Numbered from the stretch's first letter, positions 48,135-58,189 are shown. The stretch: 64,000 nt of DNA from Candidatus Shapirobacteria bacterium GW2011_GWF2_37_20 (GCA_000989305.1 LBTB01000004.1:12897-76896); one strand, 5' to 3'. The notes: generated from the sequence alone by a model not told the origin. Numbers and translations are program-made.

Positions 48135-48216
48135 GGAGGGTGGGCAGGACGGTAATGCGCTAGTTTTGAAAACTAGTGTCCGTAAGGACTAACAGGTTCA
48201 ACCCCTGTACCCTCCG
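48135..48216 (+). tRNA. tRNA-Ser (anticodon TGA), long variable arm
   Basis: GGAGGGT/ACCCTCC acceptor. 3-bp D stem. Anticodon loop TTTGAAA. Variable arm TGTCCGTAAGGACTA. G73 discriminator. Confidence 0.8.
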
Positions 48217-48245
48217 CTTTGGATTAAATATTTAAGAAAAATATT

Positions 48246-48449
48246 ATGCGAATTGAAACTTTGAAATGTCCGTTAAACACAAAAAATAATCACAGAGGTC
48301 CACTGATAAGTGAGGGAATATGTGGTTTTGGTTTGCATTACAGTGATGAAGCGCCCCATACAATAACAGCAGAGGATATAAGATTATTTGAAAAATTGGC
48401 ACCTTTACCAAAACCAGAAAGAAAAAGTAGAAAGGTAGAGAAAAAATGA
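48246..48449 (+). CDS. Hypothetical small protein between two tRNA genes
   Basis: ORF only. Confidence 0.3.
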   Translation: MRIETLKCPLNTKNNHRGPLISEGICGFGLHYSDEAPHTITAEDIRLFEKLAPLPKPERKSRKVEKK

Positions 48450-48521
48450 GCCCGGAATGAAATTCGAATTCATGACCTTCCCCTTACCAAGGGGATGCTC
48501 TACCAACTGAGCTATCCGGGC
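48449..48521 (-). tRNA. tRNA-Thr (anticodon GGT)
   Basis: GCCCGGA/TCCGGGC acceptor. Anticodon loop TTGGTAA. T-loop TTCGAAT. Confidence 0.8.
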
Positions 48522-48621
48522 GACGAGGTTATTTTACCAAATTACGGGTATTTTTGTCTTGAGAAATAAAATCAATCCTCCTCTTGTTTTTTGAGGATAC
48601 TCCTACTAAAATAGTGGGAGT

Positions 48622-49353
48622 ATGTTGCAAATAAAAAAAATAAGCGTTTCGGTGGAAGGAAAGCCAATTTTGGCAGATATTGGTTTAGAGTTAAATGCGG
48701 GAGAAGTGATGGCTTTAATGGGTCCAAACGGAAGTGGAAAATCGAGTTTGGCCTATGCTTTGGCTGGACATCCAAAATATGCCGTAGATAAGGGAAAAAT
48801 GTTTTTTGATAAAAAAGAAATTACAGAATTGACTCCAAATGAAAGAGCAATGATGGGTCTATTTTTAGCAAATCAAGCGCCAGTGGCAATTCCGGGCCTT
48901 GGGATAAAAAGTTTTTTATGGCAGATCTACAAGAAGTTTGAAAATGAAAAAAGAATGGATTTGGTTAAGTTTAGAAATTGGTTAGATGATGAGGCTGAAA
49001 AATTACAGTTGAAAAATGGGTTATTGGAGAGAGGTCTGAATGATGGATTTTCTGGTGGAGAAAGAAAAAAAATGGAGGTTTTACAAATGTTGGTGTCAAA
49101 GCCAAAATATATAATATTGGACGAAATTGATTCTGGTCTTGACGTGGACGCCTTAAAAATAATTGCCCTGAGGGTTAAAAAAATGGTCAAAGAGGATAAG
49201 GTTGGGGTGTTGATAATTACTCACTACAGTCGGATTTTAAATTATTTAAAAGCAGATAAAGTAGTGATAATTGAAAAAGGAAAAGTGAAAGAAATGGGCG
49301 GAATGGAACTGGTAAAGAAAATTGAAGATAAAGGTTTTGAAGAAAAAAAATAA
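48622..49353 (+). CDS. sufC: Fe-S cluster assembly ATPase SufC
   Basis: [11 protein letters not shown] Walker A, ABC signature FSGGERKK, and the SufC C-terminus. Confidence 0.9.
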   Translation: MLQIKKISVSVEGKPILADIGLELNAGEVMALMGPNGSGKSSLAYALAGHPKYAVDKGKMFFDKKEITELTPNERAMMGLFLANQAPVAIPGLGIKSFLWQIYKKFENEKRMDLVKFRNWLDDEAEKLQLKNGLLERGLNDGFSGGERKKMEVLQMLVSKPKYIILDEIDSGLDVDALKIIALRVKKMVKEDKVGVLIITHYSRILNYLKADKVVIIEKGKVKEMGGMELVKKIEDKGFEEKK

Positions 49354-50780
49354 TGAGTCGTTTTGCCCCAATAAAAGAGGAAAGTAAAAAGGAAAAATGG
49401 GAAAAAAGCCCATATGAGTATGGTTTCTCTAGTCCGGAAAAGCACATGTTTAAGGCCAAGAGAGGTTTAAACGAAGAAATTGTAAGGATGATTTCGACAA
49501 TGAAATCTGAGGAAGAAAAAATGCGGAATTTTAGACTGGAGTCTTACAAAATTTTTTTGGAAAAGAAAATGCCAACTTGGGGGGCAGACCTATCAACAAT
49601 AGATTTCAACAATATTTTTTATTATGTGAAAGCGACGAAAAGTGAAGGTAAAAAATGGGGAGATGTACCCAAAGAAATAAAAGACACATATGATAAATTG
49701 GGAATTCCTCAGGCAGAAAAGGAGTATTTGGGAGGAGTAAAAGCACAATATGAATCGGAAGTAATTTACGGCTCTTTACTTAAAAAATTACGTGATAAGG
49801 GCATAATTTTTTGTGGAATGGACGAGGCTTTGGTTAAATACCCAGATCTAGTGTGGTCACATTTTGGCAAAATTGTACCAAAAGGGGACAATAAATTTGC
49901 GGCTTTAAACAGCGCGGTGTGGTCGGGAGGATCTTTTATTTACGTGCCAAAGGGAGTAAAAGTTGATTTACCGTTACAGGCATATTTCAGAATAAACACC
50001 CAAAACATGGGACAATTTGAAAGGACTTTAATTATAGTTGATGAAGGGGCTTTTGTTCATTATGTGGAAGGCTGTACAGCGCCAATTTATACGACTGATT
50101 CATTGCATTCAGCTGTGGTGGAAATTTGGGTGGCTAAAAATGCCAGGTGTCGTTATACGACAATTCAAAACTGGTCAACTAATGTTTACAATCTGGTGAC
50201 AAAGAGGGCGTGGGTAGAGGAAAAGGGGATCATGGAATGGGTAGATGGAAATTTAGGAAGTAAGATAACCATGAAATATCCAAGTGTGATTTTGGCGGGA
50301 AAGGGGGCTCATGGAGAAATTTTATCGGTGGCAGTGGCGGGGAAAGGTCAACATCAAGACGCTGGAGGAAAATGTATTCATTTAGCTGAAAACACAACAA
50401 GTCGGATTATTTCCAAATCGATTAGTTTAAATGGAGGTAGAAGTAGCTATCGGGGTATGATTCAAATGAATAAGGGGGCAAAAAATGCTAGATCTAAGGT
50501 AGTTTGTGATGCTTTAATTTTAGATAATGAATCGAGGTCGGACACATATCCTGTTAATAAAATTATGGAATCAGAAGTGACTTTGGAACACGAGGCCACA
50601 GTTAGCAAAATTGGGGAGGAACAATTGTTTTATTTAATGTCGCGGGGTTTTGAAGAACACGAAGCGGAGGCAATGGTGGTTAATGGTTTCATTGAACCAA
50701 TTGTTAAAGAGTTGCCAATGGAATATAGTGTGGAACTAAATCGACTAATTAGTTTACAAATGGAGGGAAGTGTTGGATGA
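49353..50780 (+). CDS. sufB: Fe-S cluster assembly protein SufB
   Basis: Length 475 aa and conserved SufB core motifs. Confidence 0.85.
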   Translation: MSRFAPIKEESKKEKWEKSPYEYGFSSPEKHMFKAKRGLNEEIVRMISTMKSEEEKMRNFRLESYKIFLEKKMPTWGADLSTIDFNNIFYYVKATKSEGKKWGDVPKEIKDTYDKLGIPQAEKEYLGGVKAQYESEVIYGSLLKKLRDKGIIFCGMDEALVKYPDLVWSHFGKIVPKGDNKFAALNSAVWSGGSFIYVPKGVKVDLPLQAYFRINTQNMGQFERTLIIVDEGAFVHYVEGCTAPIYTTDSLHSAVVEIWVAKNARCRYTTIQNWSTNVYNLVTKRAWVEEKGIMEWVDGNLGSKITMKYPSVILAGKGAHGEILSVAVAGKGQHQDAGGKCIHLAENTTSRIISKSISLNGGRSSYRGMIQMNKGAKNARSKVVCDALILDNESRSDTYPVNKIMESEVTLEHEATVSKIGEEQLFYLMSRGFEEHEAEAMVVNGFIEPIVKELPMEYSVELNRLISLQMEGSVG

Positions 50781-51205
50781 GATATTTTGATGTATTAGAT
50801 AGGATGGGACAATCTAAAGATATTAAGAAATTTTTGGTGGTTAAAAGTGGTGAAAGTATTGATATTGAAACTGTTATGCAATTTAAAGCTCCAAAAACAC
50901 GAGGCAATACTTTAATTAAAGCGGTAGTAATGCCGGGGGGAAAGTTAAATTTAAAAGGAGTCATAAAAATTGATAAAGGAGCAGAACTGGTCGAGGCATT
51001 TTTACGTCAGTCGGTGTTATTAATTGGAGAAAATTCGATGGCCACGGCAATTCCTGAATTAGAAATAGAATCAAATGAAGTTAGGGCCTCACATGCGGCG
51101 GCAATTGGGAGAGTTGACGAGGAACAATTGTTTTATTTAATGTCGCGTGGTTTAAGTCAGGATGAGGCAGTAAAATCAATTATAAAAGCCTTTTTAAATG
51201 AATAA
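50777..51205 (+). CDS. SufD-like protein (short, C-terminal beta-helix region only)
   Basis: Ends with [17 protein letters not shown], shared with the SufB/SufD C-terminus. Confidence 0.6.
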   Translation: MRYFDVLDRMGQSKDIKKFLVVKSGESIDIETVMQFKAPKTRGNTLIKAVVMPGGKLNLKGVIKIDKGAELVEAFLRQSVLLIGENSMATAIPELEIESNEVRASHAAAIGRVDEEQLFYLMSRGLSQDEAVKSIIKAFLNE

Positions 51206-52427
51206 ATATAAAAAATATTTTCCAATTTTTAAAAATAGTCCGGATTTGGTCTATTTGGATAGTGCGGCGACAAGCTTAAAACCAAAAAGGGTGCTAGATA
51301 AAATGATGGAATATTACACTAAATATAGTGCCAATATTCATCGGGGTTTATATCCATTGTCGGAAAAGGCGAGTGAAGAATATGAGGGAGTGAGAGAGCT
51401 AGTAGCTAATTTTATTGGAGCAAAAAATAGAGAAGAAATTATTTTTACCAGTGGAACAACGGCAGGGATTAATTTGGTATCCAGGTCATGGGGGGAAGAA
51501 AACATATTTAAGGGTGATGAGATAGTGGCAACAGAAATGGAACATCATTCAAATTTAGTGCCTTGGCAGGAATTAGCCAAAAGAAGAAAGGCAAAATTAA
51601 GGCTGATAGAAGTGGGTGATGATTTTAAATTAAAAATAGATAATTTGGAAAAAATTATTGGAAGAAAAACAAAAATATTAGCTTTGACGGAGATGAGTAA
51701 TGTCTTAGGGACTATTAATCCAGTCAAAGAAATTATTAAAAAGGCAAAAGAAATAAACCCCAAAATAGTAATTTTAGTAGACGGGGCTCAAGCGGTGGCC
51801 CGTATGTCGGTAAAGGTAGCTGATTTGGGAGCTGACTTTTATGTTTTTTCAGGACACAAGATTTATGGACCAAGCGGAGTGGGGGTATTGTGGGTTAAAA
51901 AAGGAAGATTTTCCGAAATGAAAGCTTCTATTTTTGGAGGGGGGATGATAAGGGAAGTGTCTTTTGAGGAAAGTAGTTATCAAGGAGGTTTTGAGGCTTA
52001 TGAGGCAGGAACACCAGCGATTGGGGAAGTAATTGGGTTGGGAGAGGCAATAAAATTTGTGGAAAAAATAGGCTGGAAGGAGATGAGATGGCATGAAAGT
52101 GAACTATGTGAGTACGCATGGAGTAAATTGTCGGAGATACCTGAAGTAAAAATTATCGGACCAAAGAGAGAGAGGGGGGGAGTTATTTCCATAATTTTGT
52201 CAGGAAAAGGAATGCCGGCGTCACATGATTTGGGGGATATTTTGGGAAGGAAGTATAATGTTTGTCTGAGAACTGGATATCATTGTGCGATGCCTTTGCA
52301 TAAAAAATTTGGTTTAAATTCGGGAACAAGCCGAATTAGTTTGGGGATATATAATGACAAAGGAGATATTGATATTTTAGTCAAAGGTATCAAGGGAGCC
52401 ATAGAAATTTTTAACAAAAATGGATGA
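51198..52427 (+). CDS. sufS: Cysteine desulfurase SufS
   Basis: PLP-lysine motif FSGHKIYGPSGVG and active-site Cys region RTGYHCA. Confidence 0.9.
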   Translation: MNKYKKYFPIFKNSPDLVYLDSAATSLKPKRVLDKMMEYYTKYSANIHRGLYPLSEKASEEYEGVRELVANFIGAKNREEIIFTSGTTAGINLVSRSWGEENIFKGDEIVATEMEHHSNLVPWQELAKRRKAKLRLIEVGDDFKLKIDNLEKIIGRKTKILALTEMSNVLGTINPVKEIIKKAKEINPKIVILVDGAQAVARMSVKVADLGADFYVFSGHKIYGPSGVGVLWVKKGRFSEMKASIFGGGMIREVSFEESSYQGGFEAYEAGTPAIGEVIGLGEAIKFVEKIGWKEMRWHESELCEYAWSKLSEIPEVKIIGPKRERGGVISIILSGKGMPASHDLGDILGRKYNVCLRTGYHCAMPLHKKFGLNSGTSRISLGIYNDKGDIDILVKGIKGAIEIFNKNG

Positions 52428-52773
52428 TTTATATCGGGAAATAATTTTGGATCATTATAAAAATCCTGAAAATATGGGTAAGCTTGATAGTGGAATTGAG
52501 GTGGAGGAAATAAATCTTTTATGTGGTGACAAAATTAAAATAGGAGTAAGGATTAAAAAAGGAGTGATAAGTGAAGCAAAATTTACTGGTGGAGGCTGTG
52601 CCATATCAATGGCGGCAGTAGATATTTTATTGTCAATGGTTAAGGGAAAGAAACTGAGTGAGGTTAAAAAGATGAGTGGAAAAGAAATAGAAAAGAAAAT
52701 GGGGGTAAAATTAACTCCCAATAGAAAAAAATGTGCCTATTTAGGGCTTGAGGTGTTAAAAAAGATAAAATAG
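52420..52773 (+). CDS. sufU: SufU/IscU-like Fe-S scaffold
   Basis: LYREIILDHYKNP...GGCAISMAA pattern. Confidence 0.8.
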   Translation: MDDLYREIILDHYKNPENMGKLDSGIEVEEINLLCGDKIKIGVRIKKGVISEAKFTGGGCAISMAAVDILLSMVKGKKLSEVKKMSGKEIEKKMGVKLTPNRKKCAYLGLEVLKKIK

Positions 52774-52789
52774 GGGTTAGAAGAGTGGT

Positions 52790-53053
52790 GTGGAAGATAA
52801 GGGCTCGAACATAAATGATATTTTGATAGAATTGGCTATGGGTTATGAGGTAGACATAAATAATTTTCAACGATTGGGAAAATTTATAGATGTCGACGGG
52901 AAAGAATATGTAATTTTGATTGAGAATGATATTCCTAAGGAGAGAGTAACAGAAATTAGTCAGCAGTATCTTAACCAAAAAATCAATATTAGGGGGCATG
53001 TTTACGTTCCTAAAAGAGAAGTAGTCGAAAAACTAAAGATGGAGTTGGAATAA
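52790..53053 (+). CDS. Hypothetical protein
   Basis: ORF only. Confidence 0.35.
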   Translation: MEDKGSNINDILIELAMGYEVDINNFQRLGKFIDVDGKEYVILIENDIPKERVTEISQQYLNQKINIRGHVYVPKREVVEKLKMELE

Positions 53054-53068
53054 AGATATTATTGAATG

Positions 53069-53141
53069 AGCCTGAAGTCAGATTCGGACTGACGACCTGC
53101 TGTTTACAAAACAGCTGCTCTACCAACTGAGCTATTCAGGC
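53069..53141 (-). tRNA. tRNA-Thr (anticodon TGT)
   Basis: GCCTGAA/TTCAGGC acceptor. Anticodon loop TTTGTAA. T-loop TCCGAAT. Confidence 0.8.
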
Positions 53142-53166
53142 ATGATGGAGTATTATAGAATAGAAC

Positions 53167-54290
53167 ATGGTAAAAAAGAAAATCTTGGTGATGACAGATC
53201 ACATGCCCTGGGGTCATCGGTCAATCGCCAGAGCTATCTATGGTTTTTTAAAAACTAAAGAGAAAGAAGAAAATTTTGAAGTTTATTACGCTGAAGTGAA
53301 GTCCGAGATGGGAATTTCAAATGATATATATCAATTCAGTTATCGATATTTACCTTTGTCGAGCCGGATTGGAAGATGGATGTCTTATTTGCCTCAAATC
53401 AGAAAAGTAATCGAAGAGTTATCGTTTACTAATTTGTCGGCACCTAAAAAAGTGGTTCAAAAAATAAAGCCAGACTTGGTGATTTCAACCTATTGGTTTC
53501 ATTCCCATTCTTTGGCCGGGTGGAAGGACAGGGGAGATGTAAATTTCAAATTATGGACGGTGGTGGCAGATCCGTGGACGGTGTTGCCGGTGTCATATAA
53601 TTCAAAAATCGATATGCATCTGGTTTATGATCAGATGGGGGTTGATGTTGGGATGAAAGAATGTGGTATCCCAAAAAATAAAATATTAGAAACAGGCTGG
53701 TGGACAAGGCCGGAGATGTTTGGAAAGTTTGATAGAAAAGAAGCCAGAAAAAAACTAGGTTTTAGTGATGACAGACAGGTGGTATTTGTTGGGGGCGGGA
53801 GTTTGGGAACGAATTCTTTAACGAAACTTTTACCAGCTCTAATGTTAATTAAGGGTAAGGTTGGCTTTATTTTTAATACCGGGACGGATAAATTGGCCTA
53901 CAATCTAGTCGAGCAATATACAAGATTGTATAAAAAATTAAACAAGCAGGGAAATGTAATCATTAAAAACCTGGGTTGGATTGAGAACATGGGAGAAGTA
54001 TTAGCCGGGGTAGATATTGTTTTTGGAAAAGCAGGTCCAAATTTTTTGTTTGATGGGCAATTACCCATATTGGAGGGCAAGAAGACGGAAACATAGACTT
54101 GATTAAAAAGAAGGGTTTAGGTTGGGTTAAAGAAAAGGGAACAGAGGCGGCTGATTTTTTATTAGCTTATCTTGAGGACCCAAAAAGATATCAGGATAAA
54201 TTTAAGAAAAATATTGAGACTGAAGCAAGAAAAAACGAAAAGAGTATGGGGATAATACTTGGGGAAATAAAGAGAGAAATGAGAATTTGA
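53167..54290 (+). CDS. GT28/MGDG-synthase (UgtP)-like glycosyltransferase, copy A; two frames joined by a -1 junction near 54064-54069
   Basis: Frame 1 (53167-54096) ends ...FGKAGPNFLFDGQLPI-LEGKKTET*. The conserved continuation GGQEDGNIDLIKKKGLGWVKEK... is in the -1 frame (track ORF 54099-54290). GQE(E/D)GN is the expected next motif of this family. Confidence 0.7.
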
Positions 54291-54307
54291 GTATTATAGA
54301 ATAGGGT

Positions 54308-55428
54308 GTGACTAAAAAGAAAATCTTGGTAATGACAGATCATATGCCCTGGGGTCACCGGTCAATAGCTAGAGCGATTTATGGGTTTTTAAAAACCAAA
54401 GAGAAAGAAGAAAATTTTGAAGTTTATTACGCGGAAGTAAGAGCAAAATTAGGATTAATTCATGAGATGTATATGCTTAGTTATCGGTATTTACCAGTAT
54501 CCAATAAGTTATCCAGATGGATATCGTACTCGCCGGGTTTGAGAAAATTAATTGAAAAAATGTCTCAGGGGAATGTGGTGGCGCCAAGGAAAATAGTTGA
54601 AAAAATTAAACCCGATTTGGTGATTTCAGCCTATTGGTTTCATTCCCATTCTTTGGCCAGGTGGCGTGATAAAGAAAAACAGAAATTTAAATTATGGACG
54701 GCTGTTAGTGACCCGTGGACTATTTTACCGATAGCATATAACTCTAAAATTGATTTGCATTTGGTTTATGACCGGAAAGGGGTGTATTTAGGAATGAAAG
54801 AATGTGGTTTAAAAAGGAATCAGATTTTAATAACAGGCTGGTGGACAAGACAGGAGATGTTTGGAAAGTTTGATAGAAAAGAAGCCAGAAAAAAACTAGG
54901 TTTTAACGATGGTAGGCCGGTGGTATTTTTTGGCGGAGGAAGTATGGGAACTTATTCGTTGGTAAGGTTGTTGCCGGCCTTGATGTTAATTAAAGACAAG
55001 GTAGGTCTAGTATTTAATACTGGGAAAGATAAAAAATCATATGACTTGGTGGAGCGGTACGTAAAGTCATATAAACGATTAAATAAAAAAGGAAACTTAA
55101 TCATTAAAAACCTGGGTTGGATTGAGAACATGGGAGAAGTATTAGCCGGGGTAGATATTGTTTTTGGAAAAGCAGGTCCAAATTTTTTGTTTGATGGGCA
55201 ATTACCCATAATGGGGGACAGGAGGATGGTAATATCAGATTGATAAAGAAGAAGGGTTTGGGATGGGTGAAGGAAAAAAGGGGAGAAGCGGTGAAATTTT
55301 TGCGGGACTATTTAAAAAGACCCAAACGGTATCAGAAAAAGTTTGAAAAAAGTATTGAGAATGAGGCGAAAAGAAACGAGAAAAGTATGGAGATAATCTC
55401 AAAAAGGGTAAAAGAAGAATTGAAGTAA
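54308..55428 (+). CDS. GT28/MGDG-synthase (UgtP)-like glycosyltransferase, copy B; same -1 junction near 55205-55210
   Basis: Tandem paralogue of copy A. Frame 1 ends ...GQLPI-MGDRRMVISD*. The -1 frame continues GGQEDGNIRLIKKKGLGWVKEK... (track ORF 55240-55428). Confidence 0.7.
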
Positions 55429-55606
55429 AAACAAAAAAGCCTGCCAAAAGTGAGGACTTCGATAGTGGCTTTTCCACGCCAAGATACGTGGGGAGAACTA
55501 GTCAATAAAAGCAAAGCTGATGTTGACAAACATCCTCCTTTTTTTTAGGTTAGCTAGAAAAAACACCTTCTCAAAGATCGCTTTTAGCAGGTTGTATAAT
55601 TGTAGC

Positions 55607-55996
55607 ATGATAACAGTATCTAAAAAAGTTGAATACAGCATAGTGTTTATATTGTTTTTGGCGCATAGTAAGGGTAAAAATATGTCGCTGACTGAGGCGG
55701 CGAAAAAACTTAAATTGCCTTACAGATTTCTGGGACAAGTAGCAACAAACTTAAAAACTGGAGGTATTGTTGAATCGCGGGAGGGAAAGAATGGTGGTTA
55801 CCAGCTGATAAAAGATTGGGACAAGAAAAACCTCTACGATTTACTTGAAGCATTGGGGGAGAATAGGGCGATGGTGACATGTTTGGGAGATAAGGGCTGT
55901 GCTAGGGTAAAGGGCTGTGGATTGAAAAGAGTTTGGGAAAAAATGGAGAAAAGTTGGTATTTAGAATTAAAAAAGGTAAAATTGAGCGAAATATGA
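55607..55996 (+). CDS. Rrf2-family transcriptional regulator (IscR/NsrR-like)
   Basis: MITVSKKVEYSIVFILFLA...GGYQL wHTH pattern plus a Cys cluster CLGDKGCARVKGC. TGTATAAT lies 7 nt upstream of the ATG. Confidence 0.75.
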   Translation: MITVSKKVEYSIVFILFLAHSKGKNMSLTEAAKKLKLPYRFLGQVATNLKTGGIVESREGKNGGYQLIKDWDKKNLYDLLEALGENRAMVTCLGDKGCARVKGCGLKRVWEKMEKSWYLELKKVKLSEI

Positions 55997-56232
55997 AACA
56001 AAAAATAACTAAAAATATTTTAATTCTGGAAATTGCGGAGAGATATCCGAGGTTAGCGGATATTTTAGTAGAAAAATATGGTTTTCATTGTTTGGGTTGC
56101 AGTATGTCAGCAGTGGAAACTCTAGCTGAAGGAGCAATGGGTCACGGGATGAGTAAAAAAGAAGTGGAGGAAATGGTGACCGAATTAAATGATTTGGTTA
56201 ATAAAGAAGACGGAGACCGAAAGAAAAAATAG
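55993..56232 (+). CDS. DUF1858-like small redox protein
   Basis: LAERYPRLADILVEKYGFHCLGC...TLAEGAMGHG pattern. Start trimmed to MKQKITK. Confidence 0.55.
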   Translation: MKQKITKNILILEIAERYPRLADILVEKYGFHCLGCSMSAVETLAEGAMGHGMSKKEVEEMVTELNDLVNKEDGDRKKK

Positions 56233-56746
56233 GGTTAAGAAGGCTAGTAAGAAGCCCGGAGACAATTAGTAAGGCGATTAGAATAAAACCATAGTGTTCA
56301 AAGGCGGATTCGATCTTGATGGCGGTGTCGAGGGGTAAAAGATTAAGAAGGACCTTAGACCCATCAAGAGGGGGAATGGGAAAAAGATTGAAGATACCCA
56401 AATAGAGGTTGGTATAAGTCAAGATATAGGTAAGAGTGCCGGGAATACGAGAAAAGATGAAGGCTAAAAGAAAATTGCTGAGAGGGCCGGCCAGAGCAAC
56501 AATAATTTCGTCACGTCGAGGGTGGCGAAAATTATAAGGGTCAATAGGAACTGGTTTTCCCCAACCAAAACGAGCGACTAGGAGGATGAGAGTGCCTAAG
56601 GGGTCAAGGTGGGCCAGGGGATTTAAAGTTAAACGGCCGTAGGCTCTGGGGGTGGGATCACCCAGTTTGTCGGCGGCTAGAGCGTGACAAAATTCATGAA
56701 TAGTTATAGCGACTAGGAGTGAAATAAGAACGATGATATTTTCCAT
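56198..56746 (-). CDS. M50 (site-2 protease-like) zinc metalloprotease
   Basis: HEFCHALAA HExxH motif within a TM helix. Start trimmed to MENIIVL to avoid an antisense overlap with rpmB. Confidence 0.7.
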   Translation of the reverse strand: MENIIVLISLLVAITIHEFCHALAADKLGDPTPRAYGRLTLNPLAHLDPLGTLILLVARFGWGKPVPIDPYNFRHPRRDEIIVALAGPLSNFLLAFIFSRIPGTLTYILTYTNLYLGIFNLFPIPPLDGSKVLLNLLPLDTAIKIESAFEHYGFILIALLIVSGLLTSLLNPIFSFGLRLLY

Positions 56747-56783
56747 GTTTAATTTGAGGGGCGATTTTGATATAGTATACCCT

Positions 56784-56984
56784 ATGAGAAATTGTAGTCT
56801 ATGTGGTAAGGGAACTTCGGTTGGCCGCAACCGTTCCCATGCTCAAAATCGAACTTCCAGAACTTTTAAGGCAAATGTTCAAAAAGTAACTTTGACAGTA
56901 GGTGAAGAAAAAATCAGCGGGGTTTATTGTAGTAAATGCATAAAGAAGATGAAGGGTGAGATTAAAAAAACGGCACTTAAATAA
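56784..56984 (+). CDS. rpmB: Ribosomal protein L28
   Basis: MRNCSLCGKGTSVGRNRSHAQNRTSRTFKANVQKV matches the L28 pattern. The track ORF carries a spurious N-terminal extension. Confidence 0.85.
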   Translation: MRNCSLCGKGTSVGRNRSHAQNRTSRTFKANVQKVTLTVGEEKISGVYCSKCIKKMKGEIKKTALK

Positions 56985-57012
56985 GCACCGTTTCTTTAAT
57001 TGAAAAGAAAAA

Positions 57013-57132
57013 CTATTTTTTAGCTTTTTTTTTGACTTTCTTAGCTACTTTTTTCTTAACAACTTTTTTGGCTTTCTTAGCTACTTTTTTCTTAACAACT
57101 TTTTTGGCTTTTTTTGCTTTTTTTACGGGCAT
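57013..57132 (-). CDS. 39-aa lysine-rich peptide with exact 12-aa tandem repeat (KKAKKVVKKKVA x2)
   Basis: Hand translation gives MPVKKAKKAKKVVKKKVAKKAKKVVKKKVAKKVKKKAKK*. Strong RBS AAAGGAGGAACCAAC-ATG. Encoded by a 36-bp exact tandem duplication (57036-57071 and 57072-57107). Confidence 0.55.
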   Translation of the reverse strand: MPVKKAKKAKKVVKKKVAKKAKKVVKKKVAKKVKKKAKK

Positions 57133-57305
57133 GTTGGTTCCTCCTTTAATAAAATTAAAGAGGATTTGAAATTTTTTGTCAAACAAAAAACATCCTGATT
57201 TTCCGGTAAATAATTGATGTTTAAGATTAAAATATCATCAATTTTTGTAATTTTTTTTGAAAAATGTCAGTTAAATTATTCCTGTCTATCGGCAAAAAAT
57301 CAATA

Positions 57306-58181
57306 TCATTTTTTTGTGATTATTGAATAATATTTTTTTATTTCTGTCCACTCGGTTTTGTTTTTTCCCTCAACTTGGACCATAACTGGCACCAGTTTTG
57401 ATTTATTTTGATCCAAAATTCCCGAAAATATTTTCATTTTTAGAATTTGATGGTTGAGATTTTCCACAAAGGTCCAGGCAATCGGTGAGGGATTGAGAGC
57501 GCGGATAAAACGTTCAATTTTTTGAATATCCCAAGTCCAATTTATTTTTGCCCCATCTTTAGTTATTTTTGGAAAGTAACTTTTTTGAGTATGGTTTTGA
57601 ATCTTGAGAACGGTAGGATTTTGAATATATGTTTTTAAAACGCTTTCTAAATTATCGGAAGCTAGTTGAAATGCTTTTTGATAAAAGGAGTCAGCCGTTT
57701 CACTTTGGATGATGTCAAAAGGGACTTGAGTGATGATGGGACCGTGGTCGGGAAGGGGATCAATTTGAAAAAAAGTGACGCTACTTTTTGTTTCGCCATT
57801 AATAATTTGCCAAGGACCGGGGGTGGCACCGCGGTATTTGGGTAAGGTTGAGGGATGAATGTTAATTATTTTTTTGGGAAAGATGTTAATTGTTTCTTCA
57901 TCAAAAAAAGGAGGTCCAAAAGCCAAGCAAAGAGCCAAGTCAGCTTTTAGGTCGCGAAGTTTGTTTTTGACTTCCGGAGTAAATTCTTCAATTTGAAGAA
58001 GTGGGAGATTGTTGTCCTGGCAATATTTTGCGACATGATTGGGGGTGATTTTTTGATCACGACCAAAGGCTTTATCTATTTTGGTGACAACGGAAATTAA
58101 TTCGAAATCAGAAATTTTTGAAAGTTTTTTTAAAACCGGTAAAGAATAAATTGAAGCGCCAAAGAAAACAATTTTGGTCAT
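57306..58181 (-). CDS. fmt: Methionyl-tRNA formyltransferase
   Basis: IVFFG...N-terminal formyltransferase domain, HPSLLPKYRGA-like motif (IHPSTLPKYRGATP), and a C-terminal domain. Confidence 0.85.
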   Translation of the reverse strand: MTKIVFFGASIYSLPVLKKLSKISDFELISVVTKIDKAFGRDQKITPNHVAKYCQDNNLPLLQIEEFTPEVKNKLRDLKADLALCLAFGPPFFDEETINIFPKKIINIHPSTLPKYRGATPGPWQIINGETKSSVTFFQIDPLPDHGPIITQVPFDIIQSETADSFYQKAFQLASDNLESVLKTYIQNPTVLKIQNHTQKSYFPKITKDGAKINWTWDIQKIERFIRALNPSPIAWTFVENLNHQILKMKIFSGILDQNKSKLVPVMVQVEGKNKTEWTEIKKYYSIITKK

Positions 58182-58189
58182 GAATATAA

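Noticed and set aside
54050-54100. Classical X-XXY-YYZ slippery heptamer at the GT28 junction
   Set aside because: The shared junction sequence GGGCAATTACCCATA contains no canonical slippery site. A programmed frameshift remains possible but is not supported by an obvious signal.
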